Below, piece after piece: positions 24,104 to 39,449 of a stretch of DNA of 64,000 nucleotides (the first letter of the stretch is position 1; each line of letters begins with the position of its first letter). Both the position numbers and the translations under genes were made by a program. The notes under the pieces are model-generated. The model made no database searches and was not told the DNA's origin. It saw nothing but the letters and a program-made list of their open reading frames with translations. The stretch is from Octopus vulgaris (Eukaryota): contig OX597818.1 in NCBI GenBank assembly GCA_951406725.2, positions 106,950,001-107,014,000 on the forward strand, in the 5' to 3' direction.

Positions 24104-26569
24104 CTAACAGAGGAGTGAAAGAATTTTGGTGCAGTTTTTATACATTGTTTCCAAAGCACTTTAGAAATAAGAAATATTGCGGGGCTAAACGAATATGTTG
24201 CAACACAAAGCAGGAAAATAAAGGTTAATATATTTCAAGGGGACAGAATTAAATAATTAATGCAGAGAATGGAAATAATGAGGGTGAATGCTCAAAGGGG
24301 AAAATAAAGAATGAGGTAGATGTTAAGCGAAGAGAGGAAATATGGAGTGCTTGCATAGAAAATGGATGAAATATGGGAAACAAGCTTTTAGGAGAGAGGA
24401 AGTATGGCATATACACTTTCACTAAATAGAAAATATGCTCTTTTATTGGATTTTGATATCTTCAGAATCAGGATTTTGCTTGCACTTATGTGTCTTTTTT
24501 TCCCGTAGGCACAACAAAAAATATCCATGGTTTTGTAATAAATAGAAAAGACTGTTTCATGTAAATCCATTTAATTTTTATATTTTCAACTTTGAATTGA
24601 ATAATGTTTTGGATGTCCTCTTTCTATTTGTGATAGAACTTGACTTAAGTCTCATTAACTGACCGATTCCATAATGGTTCAATGAATTCTTCTATCGCTT
24701 TACCATTTCCAATCAGAAATGGTATGTGACCAGATCTCAAATCAATCTAAGATAACCCATTCATAATAAAAAGGAAATGGTCTCATATGGAATTTTGACT
24801 GAAGAATTTAATTTTATGTTAAGTTTGGATACTGTAAACTGAAGCCAAATTGTTGTTTCTGGTTGTTGTTGTTGTTAAGCAACAAGATGGGTAAGGGTGA
24901 TTAGGTGATGGTCTAGGGCTTAGGGGTGGGAGACCCCAGACCTTTGAAAAAACAACTTTGGTTGTCTTGTTGTAGTCGAGGGCTCTTTGTTGACACCCCA
25001 CAGCACTGGGAAGTGGCCCTCGAAGTCGCTGGAAATGGAGATCTCCAGGTCTAAATTCTTAAATGACTATTGTTGCTGGTCAGTCTAAGACAGTCTTACA
25101 TTATAATATTAATCTCTATTGCTGTCAGTATTGGCACAATTCACTTGATGAGTGTCTCATTGGCTTTCAGTTTTGTTTTATTTCCTAGAACCTAAGCCGG
25201 ATCTATAGATTTACTTCTGCTCTATTCTATGCAATATCAAAAAGATAAATGTTAACTGACCAAGAGAAAATAAATAAAAAACAAGATTCAGAACTTTCCA
25301 AAGGCCAAAGCATATCGTAAGCTTTACTTAGGATGCTCCAAACTGACATCTCTTAATGTTAAAGGCTAACCGTCTTAGCTTCCATGAGGGTGATATTAAC
25401 ATGAGAACATTAGATTCAGATCCTGTTCTTTAAGGAAGGAGTCACTTGGTTTATGTTTTGCATTGGTCTCATAGTGCTTAATGAAATGGTTTTCTAAATT
25501 TGATCAAAGGCCCTGCTTGAATCATCATATCTTTCCACTTCTTCATAGTAAAGAAATATATCTAAAAAAGCACTATTCTAATGGAGCCAGCATCCCTATA
25601 TATGGTTATGACTCATCATATTTGTAGTGAGGTATATGAGAATCGTTAAGACAGGATTTTGTTTTTTTTATTTAATATATCACTCTAATGACATTGAAAA
25701 TGAGAGAGGTCAACTGTTGCAACTGGTTACTTTTATATGGGGGCAGTCTAAGAAAGAGAATTAGTGCCATGGCCTTTGTAGATCCACCTAGGTAAGTGAA
25801 TTTATTGGTATTTAGTTTGAATATACATTGTTTGATATCAATCAAAAGACAGGTGAGAAGCAATGAAATGCAATGACAGATAATTTAGCTAGGAGGTTCT
25901 CATGCCAACTACAACGATATTGTTTTAGAGAGAGAGAGAGAGAGAGAGAAAGTCAAGCTATTGGAGAAGGAGATTGTAAATGACTATTTTTATCATCTTT
26001 GAGATGTTAGAAGTGAGGAATAACTGATTAGGGTGCTCTTTGTTTTTCTGTGTAGTGTTGAGTGCACATTTTCTTGTGAGAAAAAGGAACTGTAATGGAG
26101 CAGTGCTGTGTCTAGGGACAAATTTGTCTTCCATTCATCACAGAAACTACAGCTGAGTGTTCTTCAGTTCCATTCAATGTGGTGTAGGAAGAATTAGCTC
26201 TTGGTAAATGTCATAACTATTTAGGTTTCCAATGAAATCCTGTTTTTAGCTACAGTTGCAGCCATTAGATTTTGGTTCTAGAATATTCCTTTCAAATTTG
26301 ATACAAGGCCAGCAATTGTGGTGGAGGCTGCTAAAGTGGTACTTATTTTATCAATTCCAAAAGGATGAAAGGCCAAGTCGATCCTGACAGTATTTGAACC
26401 CAGAACATTAAGTCAGAAGAAATGCCTCTAAGTACTTCTTCCAATGTGGTAACAATTCTGCCAGCTTACTGCCTTATTTTGATTCTAAAATATCAACAAC
26501 AAATTTATAGATATTATGACAGGCATTACTTTGCACCCATGTACAAACTACATGATTCTGTATACTCCA

Positions 26570-26850
26570 GATTTTCTGACTGGAAAAAACTGGATTCATA
26601 ACCATTTTCGCAGTTTAACTTTAAACTGTGCTAAGAGATGTCTAATGGTTAAAAATTTTGCTCCAACAGAGACAATTAGACAGTATATAAATAGAATCTG
26701 GAGGGAATCGGTGCCATTTTATAACATCTGTGAGATTATCAAGTTTTCTATTATGATAAAAAGTAGAATGGAATATTTTTCCCAATGGTTAGTATGTCTG
26801 GGTTTATTGTATCTCGATCAGTTCTAAAAAACCTTTCAGTTGGGTCAGGA
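26570..26850 (+). mobile_element. Highly decayed L1/Tx1-like RT remnant
   Basis: KNW...LTLNC and GLLYLDQ followed by aaaacctttcagttgggt, weakly resembling KNWRPISLLN...LDQEKAFDRV. Confidence 0.3.
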
Positions 26851-27669
26851 TCTGTATTCACCTTTAAGTTAAATTTCTGCAGAAAGTGTGAAAACTGGTG
26901 GAATGGAAAAGAAATCACATACAACCACAGTAATATTTTGTTATAACAGTTTATTTTTGAGACTCTATTGTCTGGCTGCCAGAGTTAAAGATATGAATAG
27001 ATGGAGAGTGATAGAGATTAGGGGAGAATAACTGAGATAAATATAGAGAAAGAGAACGAGAGAGTGAGAGAGAGGGAGAGAGAGAGAGAGAGAAGGTGTG
27101 ATAGAAAGTCACTGAGAGTGAAAGATGGTGTGAGAGTTAGAAAGGGAGGTAGACAGAGCTTGTGCGTGATTGGCGAGAAATTTGGTAGCTATTTCTAAAA
27201 GATTGGGCAACCACTTAGAACTTCACCTGTTGGCTCATTTCTTATTGTTGCTGTTTAGTCAGACACTACCATGCATCCATCAAATACATAATTAAATGTT
27301 ATTCCAGCCATGACTAACCCATCATTTTTTCATCATACATAGTGTATTAAAAATTTTATTATCCAGTTCATCCACCCCTTTTTAAGGTGTGATTTGAGGG
27401 AGTTTTGGCATCTATTTCTACTAAGTTGAGTGATCATATAAAAATTCAGTTGCATGATTGACCAAAGTTCCTTTTTGAATTGGACACTACCTGATTGGTT
27501 CAGAGAAGAACTTGTAACTGTTCTATTTACATGGTTTAACACAAAATACCCCCAAAGAGTTTCAAATATCAAAAACATTCTGTCACAGTGACATCGTTAC
27601 CATTCCATTAGGGGTTGAAGATTCAAGGAGGATAGTTCAGTTCAATCCTATCTTTCAAACTAAAGAATA

Positions 27670-28120
27670 ATGGTTTTAAATTTTGGCAGAAGGTGAGCAA
27701 GTTTGGGGGAGGGGGTAAGTCAGTTACATTGACCCCAGCATGCAACTGGTATTTATTTTATCAACCCCCAAAAGACTGAAAGGCAAAGTTGGCCTGGGCA
27801 GAATTTGAACTCAGAAAGTAAAGACTGACGAAATCCCATTAAGGATTTTGCCCAGTCTGCTACCAATTCTGCCAGCTTGCCACTTTTGTAACAACCAAAG
27901 AATATTCTTTTCTACTCTAGGCACAGGGCCTGAAATTTTGATGGAGGGGGCCAGTCGATTAGATCAACCCCTGTACACAATTGGTACTTAATTTATCAAC
28001 CCAAAAGGATGAAAGGCAAAGTTGAACTCGGCAGAATTTGAACTCAGAACATAAAGGTAGAGGAAATATCACTAAGCATTTTACCAGGCATGCTAACGTT
28101 TCTGCCATCTTGCCACTTTA
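27670..28120 (-). mobile_element. Two tandem SINE family B copies
   Basis: Copies at 27670-27885 and 27907-28120, each followed by gtaacaaccaaagaatatt. Confidence 0.8.
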
Positions 28121-29911
28121 GTAACAACCAAAGAATATTGAATGAATTCTTTTTTCGAATAACAGCAATTCCATAATTTTAATCAACTTTAATATAATCC
28201 TTTAATTGTGGAATTAGCTGAAAAAATTTCTCATCAGGATACAAAAGCCTTGCCATGGAACCTTATGTATTACTCTCTTTCAGAATTCCTGTCTTTTTAA
28301 AACCATCTTTTTATTTTATTCATTATATTTTTACATTTCATTTTTCTTGTTTTTTCTTTTAAGTCAAATATTTACATCTATTTCTCAAATTAAAATTTGT
28401 TTTTATAAGTTTTAGTTCCTTAAACAATTCATTTCTTACTCCTTAATTTTCCAAAAAAGTAAATAAAATATTCCTGCAACAATTTCACCATATTATAGAT
28501 TTAAAAAAAAATATTTTAGGATTAATATTTGAACCTGGAAAAAATTACTAAAAAGGACAAGGAATAAAAAAAAAAGCAAAAAGATTCTCTTCAGAAAATA
28601 TGGTTTCCATCAATTTGCAATTCTCTATAGTTTGAGTTCATTGTTGGTTTTTAAATTTTATTTTTCATTTGATTATTTCACTGGTTCTCATATTTAAAAA
28701 TCTATAACTAGAAATAAAGGATTTGTTTTTGTTATTTCTTTTCTATTTTGCCTTTTTCATCCCCAAATGTTCTGATATAATTCAGAAACAGAACAACATT
28801 TAATGTCTCTACAATAATTATATTCTATCACATCACTCTCCATTGTATCACACAGTTCAGTTATGTTCTCACAATATCTGGCATCTGATGCTGGTGATAA
28901 CGATGAAGGAGATATAACAAAGATGAACGAGGAAGAGGAGGAGGAGGAGGAGGAGGAGGAGGAGGAGGTGGTGGTGGATGAATGACGATGGCAATAGTGA
29001 TGATGATAATGAGGATGGTGAAGGCAACAAAGATTTTGAACATGATGCTAATTATGCTGATGTTGATGATGAGATGGCAACAATTATGATGACGATGATA
29101 ATGATTATTATTTTTGTTGTTGTTGTTGCTCTTATTTTTATTTAAAGGATTTTCAATGCACAACTCGTGTTTCTTTGATGATGATGATGATGATGATGTT
29201 CATAATGACAATGATGATGATGATGATGATGATGATTAACAAGATTTACATCACACAATATATGTTTTCTGTTTTTTTTCTCCCCATCCCCCCCAGTTCA
29301 CTAATGACATCCACTCTACTGGACAGTGAAGGGTTTAAAATTTTTCTTTGAAATTTGAAGTATATTCACTTGTCAAAGGATTTACTAAAAGCAGAGATAA
29401 AAGCATCCTCATCATCATCATCATCATCACCATCATCATCACTTTAATGTAGTTTTTGTCATGATAACATGGGTTGGATAGGTGTACAATACCACATCTA
29501 GTCTTTCTTCTCAGTGTCATCTGATTTATGAGGCCTAACATCCTGACATCTGATCTCGCCTCGTATTTCCTATCTTCTTTACTCTAAGTTATGCAGACAT
29601 ACAAAATAAACTTCACAGATCTTTTACATTATTTTGAAGCCAGGCATATTTTTCTTGTTATAGTAAAACAAAGAAAGGGATTCGGTTGCCTTGATTTTTT
29701 TCCCAGACTGCAACATTGATAACCAAACTCAACAATATCTACATGGCATAACTCAAAAACGATTGCTTGCAATAGTTCTACATACTCTTACCAACTATTC
29801 CCAGAAAAATCTATCTGTTGCTCCTCCTACCAGCTTCTTATTGTATCTCCAAGTTCTCTTCATAAAACACTTCCTTCAGTCCCATCTTCCCAGAATCCAA
29901 ATCCTTGAAAA

Positions 29912-30080
29912 CAGTGGTTCTCAACTATTTTAATACCAGGGTCACATCCAAACCCCAGATATTTAAGGCAGACACACCCAAGGAAGTAAAACACAAGTCA
30001 AAGAGAATTTAATTATATTTCTAGAAGGAAGACCACCAAGGGGCCACTGGAAGTTTGAGGGCCACAGTTGAGTACCATGG
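29912..30080. mobile_element. hAT-Charlie/MER5-like MITE, decayed
   Basis: Imperfect TIRs cagtggttctcaact / agttgagtaccatgg (12/15 match); no clear TSD. Confidence 0.45.
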
Positions 30081-31079
30081 CTCTAGAGTGTCTCCCAATC
30101 GACATTTTGACCTGCAGACATTAACATACACTTATTCAAACTGAACACCACAGATGCATGAAGGAGATGCCTCTACTTTTGATGCCTCAACCTTACTTTC
30201 CTTGAAGATGGTCTGAAAAGATAAATAACTTGGGTTGTTCTCTTTTCATTCAAATACAAGATTGGCTATTAATGCTTTAGAAAGAACTAGAAATATTTCA
30301 CTATTAGACTTAATAGGATATATGATGCAATGTAAAGATGTTAATTCCCTGGTTGTTTGTCTGGCTGAGCCAAATACAGAAATCTTGCTTTCACCTTCAG
30401 CATCTCAGCATTAAAGAAATTATCATAAATAATAAACTGCTGCATCGTAATTAAACCCACTTCCTTTACAGTGACCACTTGTATTTTTGTCCATATAGCC
30501 AGTGGTATTGATGGTTTATTCTCTTTTCATATTCACTAGTGGTGTTTCTTCCTTGAAAACTTTAGCAAAAGCAAAGTTGTTTTACGATACCAGTAACACC
30601 ATAGGCTGCCTAATTAATCTGTCTGCCTCTCTCAGCTTCTTGAGTCAAAAGCTTTCAGTTAGACCCCATTTTTGCATTATGTGTTGATAGGTCTCTCCAA
30701 CCTACACTCTATAAACCTTTTGTAGCCCAAGGTTTGGCTAATCTCACAAACTCTTCCTTTGTATATTAATGAGCTACTTGTCTTCCATTCTAATAGTTTG
30801 CAATTCTATGCCAATCCTATGATCCTTTATTCTTACTTAACCTTCCTCACTCAGGTGTCATCTGCACAAACCTAAACAATAAACAACAAATATACATGGC
30901 TTACAAAACTAAAATGGAGAGTTAAGTAAAAGACCCAGGAAATTCTGTTTTTGCTTGAAAATAAGATAGACCCATTTCATGTTCAGTAGCATTTCCACAT
31001 TCTTGAAAATATTTCCAAGATATTTCTGACGTTCTGGAGAAACTATTTGTTTGTGAATTTGATTTGTATGAGGAAAAGG

Positions 31080-31352
31080 GCACCATTCGACTGTGATCGT
31101 TACCAATGTCGCCTTTAAAAAGATTCAAGTGAGGTCATTGCCAGTACCGCCTGACTGGTCTCCATGCTGGTGGCACGTAAAAAGCACCCACTACATTCTC
31201 GGAGTGGTTGCCATTAGGAAGGGCATCCAGCTGTAGAAACTCTGCCAGATCAAGATTGGAGCCTGGTGCCACCATCTGGTTCGCCAGATCTCAGTCAAAA
31301 TCGTCCAACCCATGCTAGCATGGAAAGCAGACGTTAAACAATGATGATGATG
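31080..31352 (+). mobile_element. RTE 3' tail (family C)
   Basis: ggtggcacgtaaaaagcaccc...aggaagggcatccagc...tccaacccatgctagcatggaaagcagacgttaaac(gat)n. Confidence 0.8.
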
Positions 31353-32365
31353 TAGAATCATGAGTACACAGTCATCATATTTCTGTTTCTTTGAGAGAAC
31401 TGAGTTGAGATGAAGAAAGCCATCGAAGTGCAAAGAGATGTTAGCGCTACATTCTGCTGTGGCCCACCTTCATACTTTCTCTCAGTGCATAAGAGCCATC
31501 AGTTGGTTTTGAACTCAGAGCCTATGGAGCCACTACAGATGTGACAAATTGTCTTGTCTGATGCTTTTACCATTCTGCCAGTCCATTAGTTCTGTTTATT
31601 GATCACGAAAGAATGAAAGACAAGTTCGACCTCAGCAAGATTTGAATTCAGTGCACACACAGCCATAACACAGAAACACATTAACGAGTCTGCTAATTCC
31701 CCCCGCCCTCCGCCCTGTATACAGACAACAAAACAAAGTCAAACGAGTAACTTTGTTATTGATAACAGTCTCTCACTGAAACATGTGGAAAACATCAATG
31801 GAAGGAAGTGGCTTTGACTGAAAAAATGAAACAAGTGTTGAAACTCATCCTAGAATTATCCCATGATTAAAGGGTTGCCTTCAGCTACGACTAAACAGGA
31901 AAATCTGTGTGAAAATCCTAAAAAGAATGAAATAATCAATAGAATTTGCCCATATTTTTTTAATAAAAGAAACAAAACAATAAAAAAGAACTGAAAAATG
32001 GGATATTTTAGTTTGCTTTGAGAAAAAAAGAATATCTGATATTTTGTGCCGGATCCTTTACTAGAAAGAAAACTAACTTTGATTAGAATTTTTAAATTCA
32101 CATGCACTTCATCGATTGATTTATTTCATAAAATTCAATAAAAGCTTGATATTCAGTAAATATATATTCATCAGGTCAGGGTAAATTCATGTGTGTGTGT
32201 GTGTGTGCGTGCGTGCACGTGTGTGTGTGTGTGTGTGTAATTGTCTGTGAAGCAGCCATTGCATCTGTCTCCCACTGATTGAATCAAAATCTTTTTTTGC
32301 CTTATCAGTGGAAATGATTTAAGATATTATGTGTCACCCATCTAAATTGCTAAACCTCATAATGC

Positions 32366-32609
32366 TTTGAAGTAAAGATTATTTGCCAACATAACATGGC
32401 AGTCCTGGTTTAGGACAAATGTTGCTGTAATTTAGCCCCAGGAGACATTGTCTCCAGCTGGCTATACAACACGATGTCTCCTGGGGCTAAATTACAGCAA
32501 CATCCATCCTAAACCAGGACTGCCATGTTATGTTGGCAAATAATCTTTACTACAAAGTACTGTTACTGAATATCTCTTGTTGTGAGATTTACAAATAGTA
32601 ATTTTCTAA
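32366..32609. mobile_element. Fold-back element family D
   Basis: About 32366-32448 is inverted at 32474-32556; exact 10-bp TSD ctcataatgc at 32356-65 and 32610-19. Confidence 0.9.
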
Positions 32610-33418
32610 CTCATAATGCGTTTCCAAATGGTATGATGAGAACTGTGCAGTAAGATAAATCTATGTCCAGGGATTTCGAAGGGAAGATCTACAATGGGTC
32701 CTTACACTAACAGTCTCAGATGCCTTTCCTTTTCCCCTACTCCTATGAGATGCAAATAAATTCTTAACTGATGATCTGCCACCGCTTCTGATCCAATGAC
32801 CAGCTCTTGATTACAGCCACATGAAAGGCCAAACTTGAAATGAGACTTTTGACAAGTATGCAGTCTGCTGATTCAGTGATCTCCTCAAACTCTGTCAGAA
32901 TAGAGAACAGGGGAAGACAAGTTACAAAGAAGTGGAAGCAAGTAAGGGAATGGTACAGGTGTCAGTTTGTAGAAGTAGGAGTGTTATATTGCAAAATTTG
33001 GAAGAGGGACAGTCTCAAACATGGGTCAGCACCCATTACTATAATGTACACAGACATTTACACACACACACAAACATATATATATATATATATATATATA
33101 GTTTACTGTTCCACGAAGGTAAGACAACAAAAACATTAGTCCATCCAGTGAGAGATAAATATCATTTAATGTACACAAGTACAAAGATATGAGTTACTAA
33201 TTGTTTCTTGCTGTAAAGACACATGCTTAACCAGGTTTTAAGCCAGGTGTCTTCACAGCAAAAACTATATATATATATATAAATAGATGAGTGTATTTTT
33301 CCCTTATTAACATTTATTTATTTGGAATAATATCAGTGAAATCTTTGAAACATGTGTCAGAAGTAAAAGTATTTGAATTGTACCTGTGTTAAACTCCATT
33401 TATTTATTTATTCATATG

Positions 33419-33467
<49 letters not shown>

Positions 33468-33626
33468 ATTTTATATATAGAGGGCATTATTATACATACA
33501 TGCCACACGCTAAGAGGGACAAAAAGTCATTTCTACCAAAAATTTTACTAATCCCACCGAATGCAATCTTTCAAAGCAAGACATTTAAAAAATATAGACT
33601 TGTATCACCTGTGATTTTGTACTTAC

Positions 33627-33793
33627 GTACTCTTCAGCAAGCCTGAACGTATCATAAATAAACTACCCTGTCTCGTCGAAGCCAAGCAGCTAACTGTTCA
33701 ACCTCAACGAAGCACATGGGGGAGTTTACATATATTACATCCGGTAAATGGCAGGCTTCTTCGAATTGCATTTCGGTTAGGAAAAGAATTTTT
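33627..33793 (-). other. Candidate 167-nt exon (no through-going frame; ATG at 33655 gives MIRSGLLKS, phase 2)
   Basis: Acceptor gtttccag|A, donor AC|gtaagt; non-repetitive and retains CpGs, unlike its flanks. Confidence 0.45.
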
Positions 33794-33798
33794 CTGGA

Positions 33799-33871
<73 letters not shown>

Positions 33872-33898
33872 ATATATATATATATATATTTATATGTA

Positions 33899-33934
<36 letters not shown>

Positions 33935-33970
33935 TGTATGTATATAGAGATAGATAGATAGATTGATAGA

Positions 33971-34006
<36 letters not shown>

Positions 34007-34380
34007 TATACACATACATTAGTTTGTCTCTTTGACATTGATGTGTAGTTCATGACGCCATTTTGCAATGATGTGTTTGCCGGTTCAATATCTCTCCTTG
34101 GCATCTTTCTGCACACATACAAACATACCTACAAAGTCATTCCTCAAAATGTTTGGAAAATCAACTCCCTAGATATCCTGTTATCTACAGCTGAAATCTC
34201 AAACTTTAATTAGTTCACTAATTGACAAAAATTGTTTTATTTCTCAATGAAATCCAAGCATCATTAGAACTGTGTTGTTAATCTTTAAAGCTAATCTTTA
34301 TCTGTGAATTTTAATAATTTTCTGTCCTTTCATGGTTACCTTCACAGAGATTCATAAAAGAAGTTAGCATTAATGATGAC

Positions 34381-34419
<39 letters not shown>

Positions 34420-35054
34420 AAATTTTTGCTTTGTTAGCCACAAGGGCTTAAAGAGAAAGGAAAATAGGAAACTTTCGCTAGAGGTTACATAGAAATAAAA
34501 GATAACAAAGTGAACGGAAAAGGAAAAAAAAACATTAAAAAATGCCAAAAAGCGGGGGGGGGGGACATTATATAATATATGGAAGGAAGGAATGAGAATT
34601 TTAAAGGTGTTCGTGCATACACATGCACACACATACATACAAACATCCATCCATACAAATATCCCTTCATCCATTCTTCCATCCATCCATCCATCCATCC
34701 ATCCATCCATCCATTCATATATACATACATACGCGCATACATATATACATACATAGGTTCATCTACCCATATACACACATATACCTCTATACGGTCACAC
34801 ATATACCTCAATACAGTCATGCATATTTGTATGTAAGTAATCAGAAGGTACAATACAACACACCATAACTAAAACAAATTATGATTTAAGGCAAATAAAA
34901 AATTAAAGTTCACTGGTTAGAGACTGAGTTGGCCACTGCATGATCCTGTTCATTGAACCATTACTCAAACTGTGTTTGAGTGCAATCGGATGCACCATCA
35001 AGCATATTTAAAGATATTTCATGTTCATAAACACCAACATTTTGAGGATATTTC

Positions 35055-35490
35055 TTTCTTTTCTTTCTTTTCTTTTCTTTCTTTCTTTTACTTGTTTCAG
35101 TCATTTTGACTGCGGCCATGCTGGAGCACCGCCTTTAGTCGAGCAACTCGACCCCGGGACTTATTCTTTGTAAGCCCAGTACTTAATCTATCGGTCTCTT
35201 TTGCCGAACCGCTAAGTTACGGGGACGTAAACACACCAGCATCGGTTGTCAAGCAATGCTAGGGGGACAAACATAGCAGACACACAAACACACACATACA
35301 TACATACATATATATATATACATATATACGACAGGCTTCTAAGGTTTCCGTCTACCAAATCCACTCACAAGGCATTGGTCGGCCCGGGGCTATAGTAGAA
35401 GACACTTGCCCAAGATGCCACGCAGTGGGACTGAACCCGGGACCATGTGGTTGGTTAGCAAGCTACTTACCACACAGCCACTCCTACGCC
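35055..35490 (-). mobile_element. SINE family A, young full-length copy
   Basis: CpG-retaining near-identical reverse complement of 38657-39076. Confidence 0.9.
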
Positions 35491-36285
35491 TATATACTTT
35501 CTAAACTTTCATATAATGTTTTAATTTTAATTTTACTCACAATCGATGTTTATTATGTTGTTTATATTTTAAACTTAACAGTTTATGTGTCATTGCAAAT
35601 TCTTCTGATAGTCTGTGGCATAACAAGTCATTATTTTGTTTTTTAACTGTTTGTTTGATTTTCAGAGAATGGTGAATTTTAGTTTATCTTTATCTCCCCT
35701 GCATTTTCCTTGTTATTCTCTTGAGGGGGATTTGTTTGCATTGTCATATACAAGGAAACTGAAAAAAATTCCCACGTCTGTTTTTGTCCCCCACCACCAT
35801 TTCACAACCGGTGTTGGTGCGTTTATGTCCTCATAATGCAGTGGTTCAGCAAAAGAGACCAATAGAATAAGTGCCAGGTTTTAAAAATGGCCAACCCATG
35901 CCAGCATGGAAAACAGACATTAAATGATGCTACTGCTGCATATGATGATGATGATTTGGTGATGATGATGATAATGATGATGATGAGGAGGAGGAGTAGT
36001 AGTAGTAGTAGGACGACGACGACGACGATGATGATGATAATTTGGTGATGATAATGATGATGATGATGATGATGATGATGATAATGATGATGAAGATGAT
36101 GATGGTGGTGGTGGTGGTGGTGGTGGTGGTGGTGGTGAATATGATGATGATGATGTGTATATTCACTGCTATGTATTTATGCAGATTTGACTCTGCCCCA
36201 GCCTCCACACTTATATCTCATTATAGAAGTATTTATCAGGCAAAGAAACTGCCTACTCATCAAAGAAAAACAACTTTCCATGGTG

Positions 36286-36320
<35 letters not shown>

Positions 36321-36884
36321 TTGTGTGTATGAGTTGTAGAGTGAGATAGAAAAGGAAAGAAAGCATCTTGAATGGTTCTAATTTGATGGTTGTGCAATTT
36401 TGCTAATTTGTATGCATCGTTTTGCCAATGTTCCCTGATTGATAAAAATGTGTCATGAGGAAATAAATGGGTGAAAGCTGACGTGGTTACTGCTTAGAGA
36501 TCTGCCCCTCAACATAGCAGTGTCTACCTTCTGTTGCACCAAAATCCTGATGGACATTTTGTAACCGGCAAGTAGAGGCCTTTGATACAACTGATCGCAT
36601 CATCGACATTTTATCCCTTTGTATTGTCTTATCTCTTGGTAATATCCTCACTGCACTCATTCTAAACTCACACAGAGATCAGCTCCATCTTACATTTTGA
36701 AGAGCGCACAATCCATATCACATTTTCATCAGGAATACACATGCTTTATGCAAATTCTGTATATATTTGAATACATAAGTTGTTGCTATGGCAACATTCT
36801 TAATGCTTTGCATTTCATCCAATACGTATAATATCTGCTTTAAGAGATGTTTTGATTTGTTTTTTTTTCAAGGATATGTTTAAA

Positions 36885-37400
<516 letters not shown>

Positions 37401-37797
37401 GAGAGGAAGTGAGGGGGAGATGAAGTGAGAGAGAAAGAGAGAAGAGAGCAATATTTTACCCAAATATGATTTCAAAAACAAGTGGATTTCTTCTGCAATG
37501 TCTTTAGAAGCAGATAAAAAAAAAATCAACCCTCAAAGAACATCAATAAGTTTTCGATTATAGTTTAATATTTAAAGATGGTAAAATCTTAGCAAAATCA
37601 AATGAAGTTTCAGATATTATGAAGCATTTTAAAAAAGCTTCCATATTCCTGAAACTTAACGGAGTAACTTTATAAGCCTCTTGCCGCCTAATTCTACCAA
37701 TATCTTTTTCTCATTCAGATTCTGTCTTAGTCAAATTTATGATGTGAAAGAAAGATTTGTTTAATCTTAGCTTCCAAGCATCCTTTTATCTCCTGTT

Positions 37798-37982
<185 letters not shown>

Positions 37983-38656
37983 ATATGGGTGCATACATGT
38001 GCATGTGTGTGTGAATGAGTGTATGTATATATATATATATACATACATATTCAGTTGGTTGTTCTTCATTTCTGAATATTTCTAGTTTCTTTAATTTTTT
38101 TCATTTGTTCTGGTATTTCTGCTGCCTGAAATGACCAATCCTTGCATGAAACATGCATCCTTGCAAGTTGCTCTTAATAGCTGTGGATGGTCATGGTTGG
38201 CTTCACTGAATGTTTTTGTCTTTGCTGTTTGTTCTCTTCATGTCCTTGTTCAAGCAGTTCTGCAACAGTTGAGATGTTTTGCTGCAAGGCTTTGCAATCT
38301 GCTGTTTGTTTTAGGATGAGGTTGGGCTTCCTCATCGTCTGTTTCTGTTGTTCTTTGAAATGTCTTAGAGGGAAGGCAGTTGCTGTGTTGTTACTGATGA
38401 TTAGCTCTGAGCATGTGCATGTGTATGTGTGTGTGTATGTGTGTGTATGTGTGTGTGTGTGCATGTGTGTGTGTGTGTGTGAGTGTGTGTGTGTGTGTTA
38501 AAGCACACACATCAAGCTATAAATAACATGTAAATATTGAGGTGGAACAACCTTCTGGGATATAAGACGTCAAAGGCCACCTTTGTCGTTTACTACCCAA
38601 AAGGTTGTTCTAACCCAATATTTACAACTTGTTATTATATTATTTATAGCTGTAAA

Positions 38657-39076
38657 GGCGCAGGAGTGGCTGTGTGGTAAGTAGCTTGCTAACCAACCAC
38701 ATGGTTCCGGGTTCAGTCCCACTGCGTGGCATCTTGGGCAAGTGTCTTCTGCTATAGCCCCAGGCCGACCAATGCCTTGTGAGTGGATTTGGTAGACGGA
38801 AACTGAAAGAAGCCTGTCGTATATATGTATATATATATAAGTGTGTGTGTGTATATGTTTGTGTGTCTGTATTTGTCCCCCTAGCATTGCTTGACAACCG
38901 ATGCTGGTATGTTTACGTCCCTGTCACTTAGCGGTTCGGCAAAAGAGACCGATAGAATAAGTACTGGGCTTACAAAGAATAAGTCCCGGGATCGATTTAC
39001 TCGACTAAAGGCGGTGCTCCAGCATAGCCGCAGTCAAATGACTGAAACAAGTAAAAGAGTAAAAGAGTAAAGAGAG
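38657..39076 (+). mobile_element. tRNA-derived SINE family A, young full-length copy
   Basis: A-box-like TGGCTGTGTGG, B-box-like GGTTCAGTCCC, internal TA/TG tract, (taaaagag)n tail; at least 7 copies in the window. Confidence 0.9.
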
Positions 39077-39449
39077 CTTTATTTATGTGCTTTGAGATAT
39101 TTAAAAAAACAAATTAATTCATGTTCTCTTGAAAGTTTATAAAATTCCTACTATGTCCACATATATATGCTTATCCATATTTACCTGCTGGTACCACGTA
39201 AAAAGTATTCATGTTGGTACCATGCAAAAGCATCCAGCACACACTGTGAAGTGGTTGGCATGTTAGGAAGGGCATCTAGTTGTAGAAACCAAGCCAAATC
39301 AGACAGGATCCTGGTGCAGCCTTCCAGCTTGCTAGCTCTGGTCAAACTGTCCAACCCATGCCAGCATGGAAAACGGATGTTAAAAGATGATGGTAATATA
39401 TATTTATGGATATGTGTGTGTGTGTGTGTGTCTGTGTGTGTATCCATAA

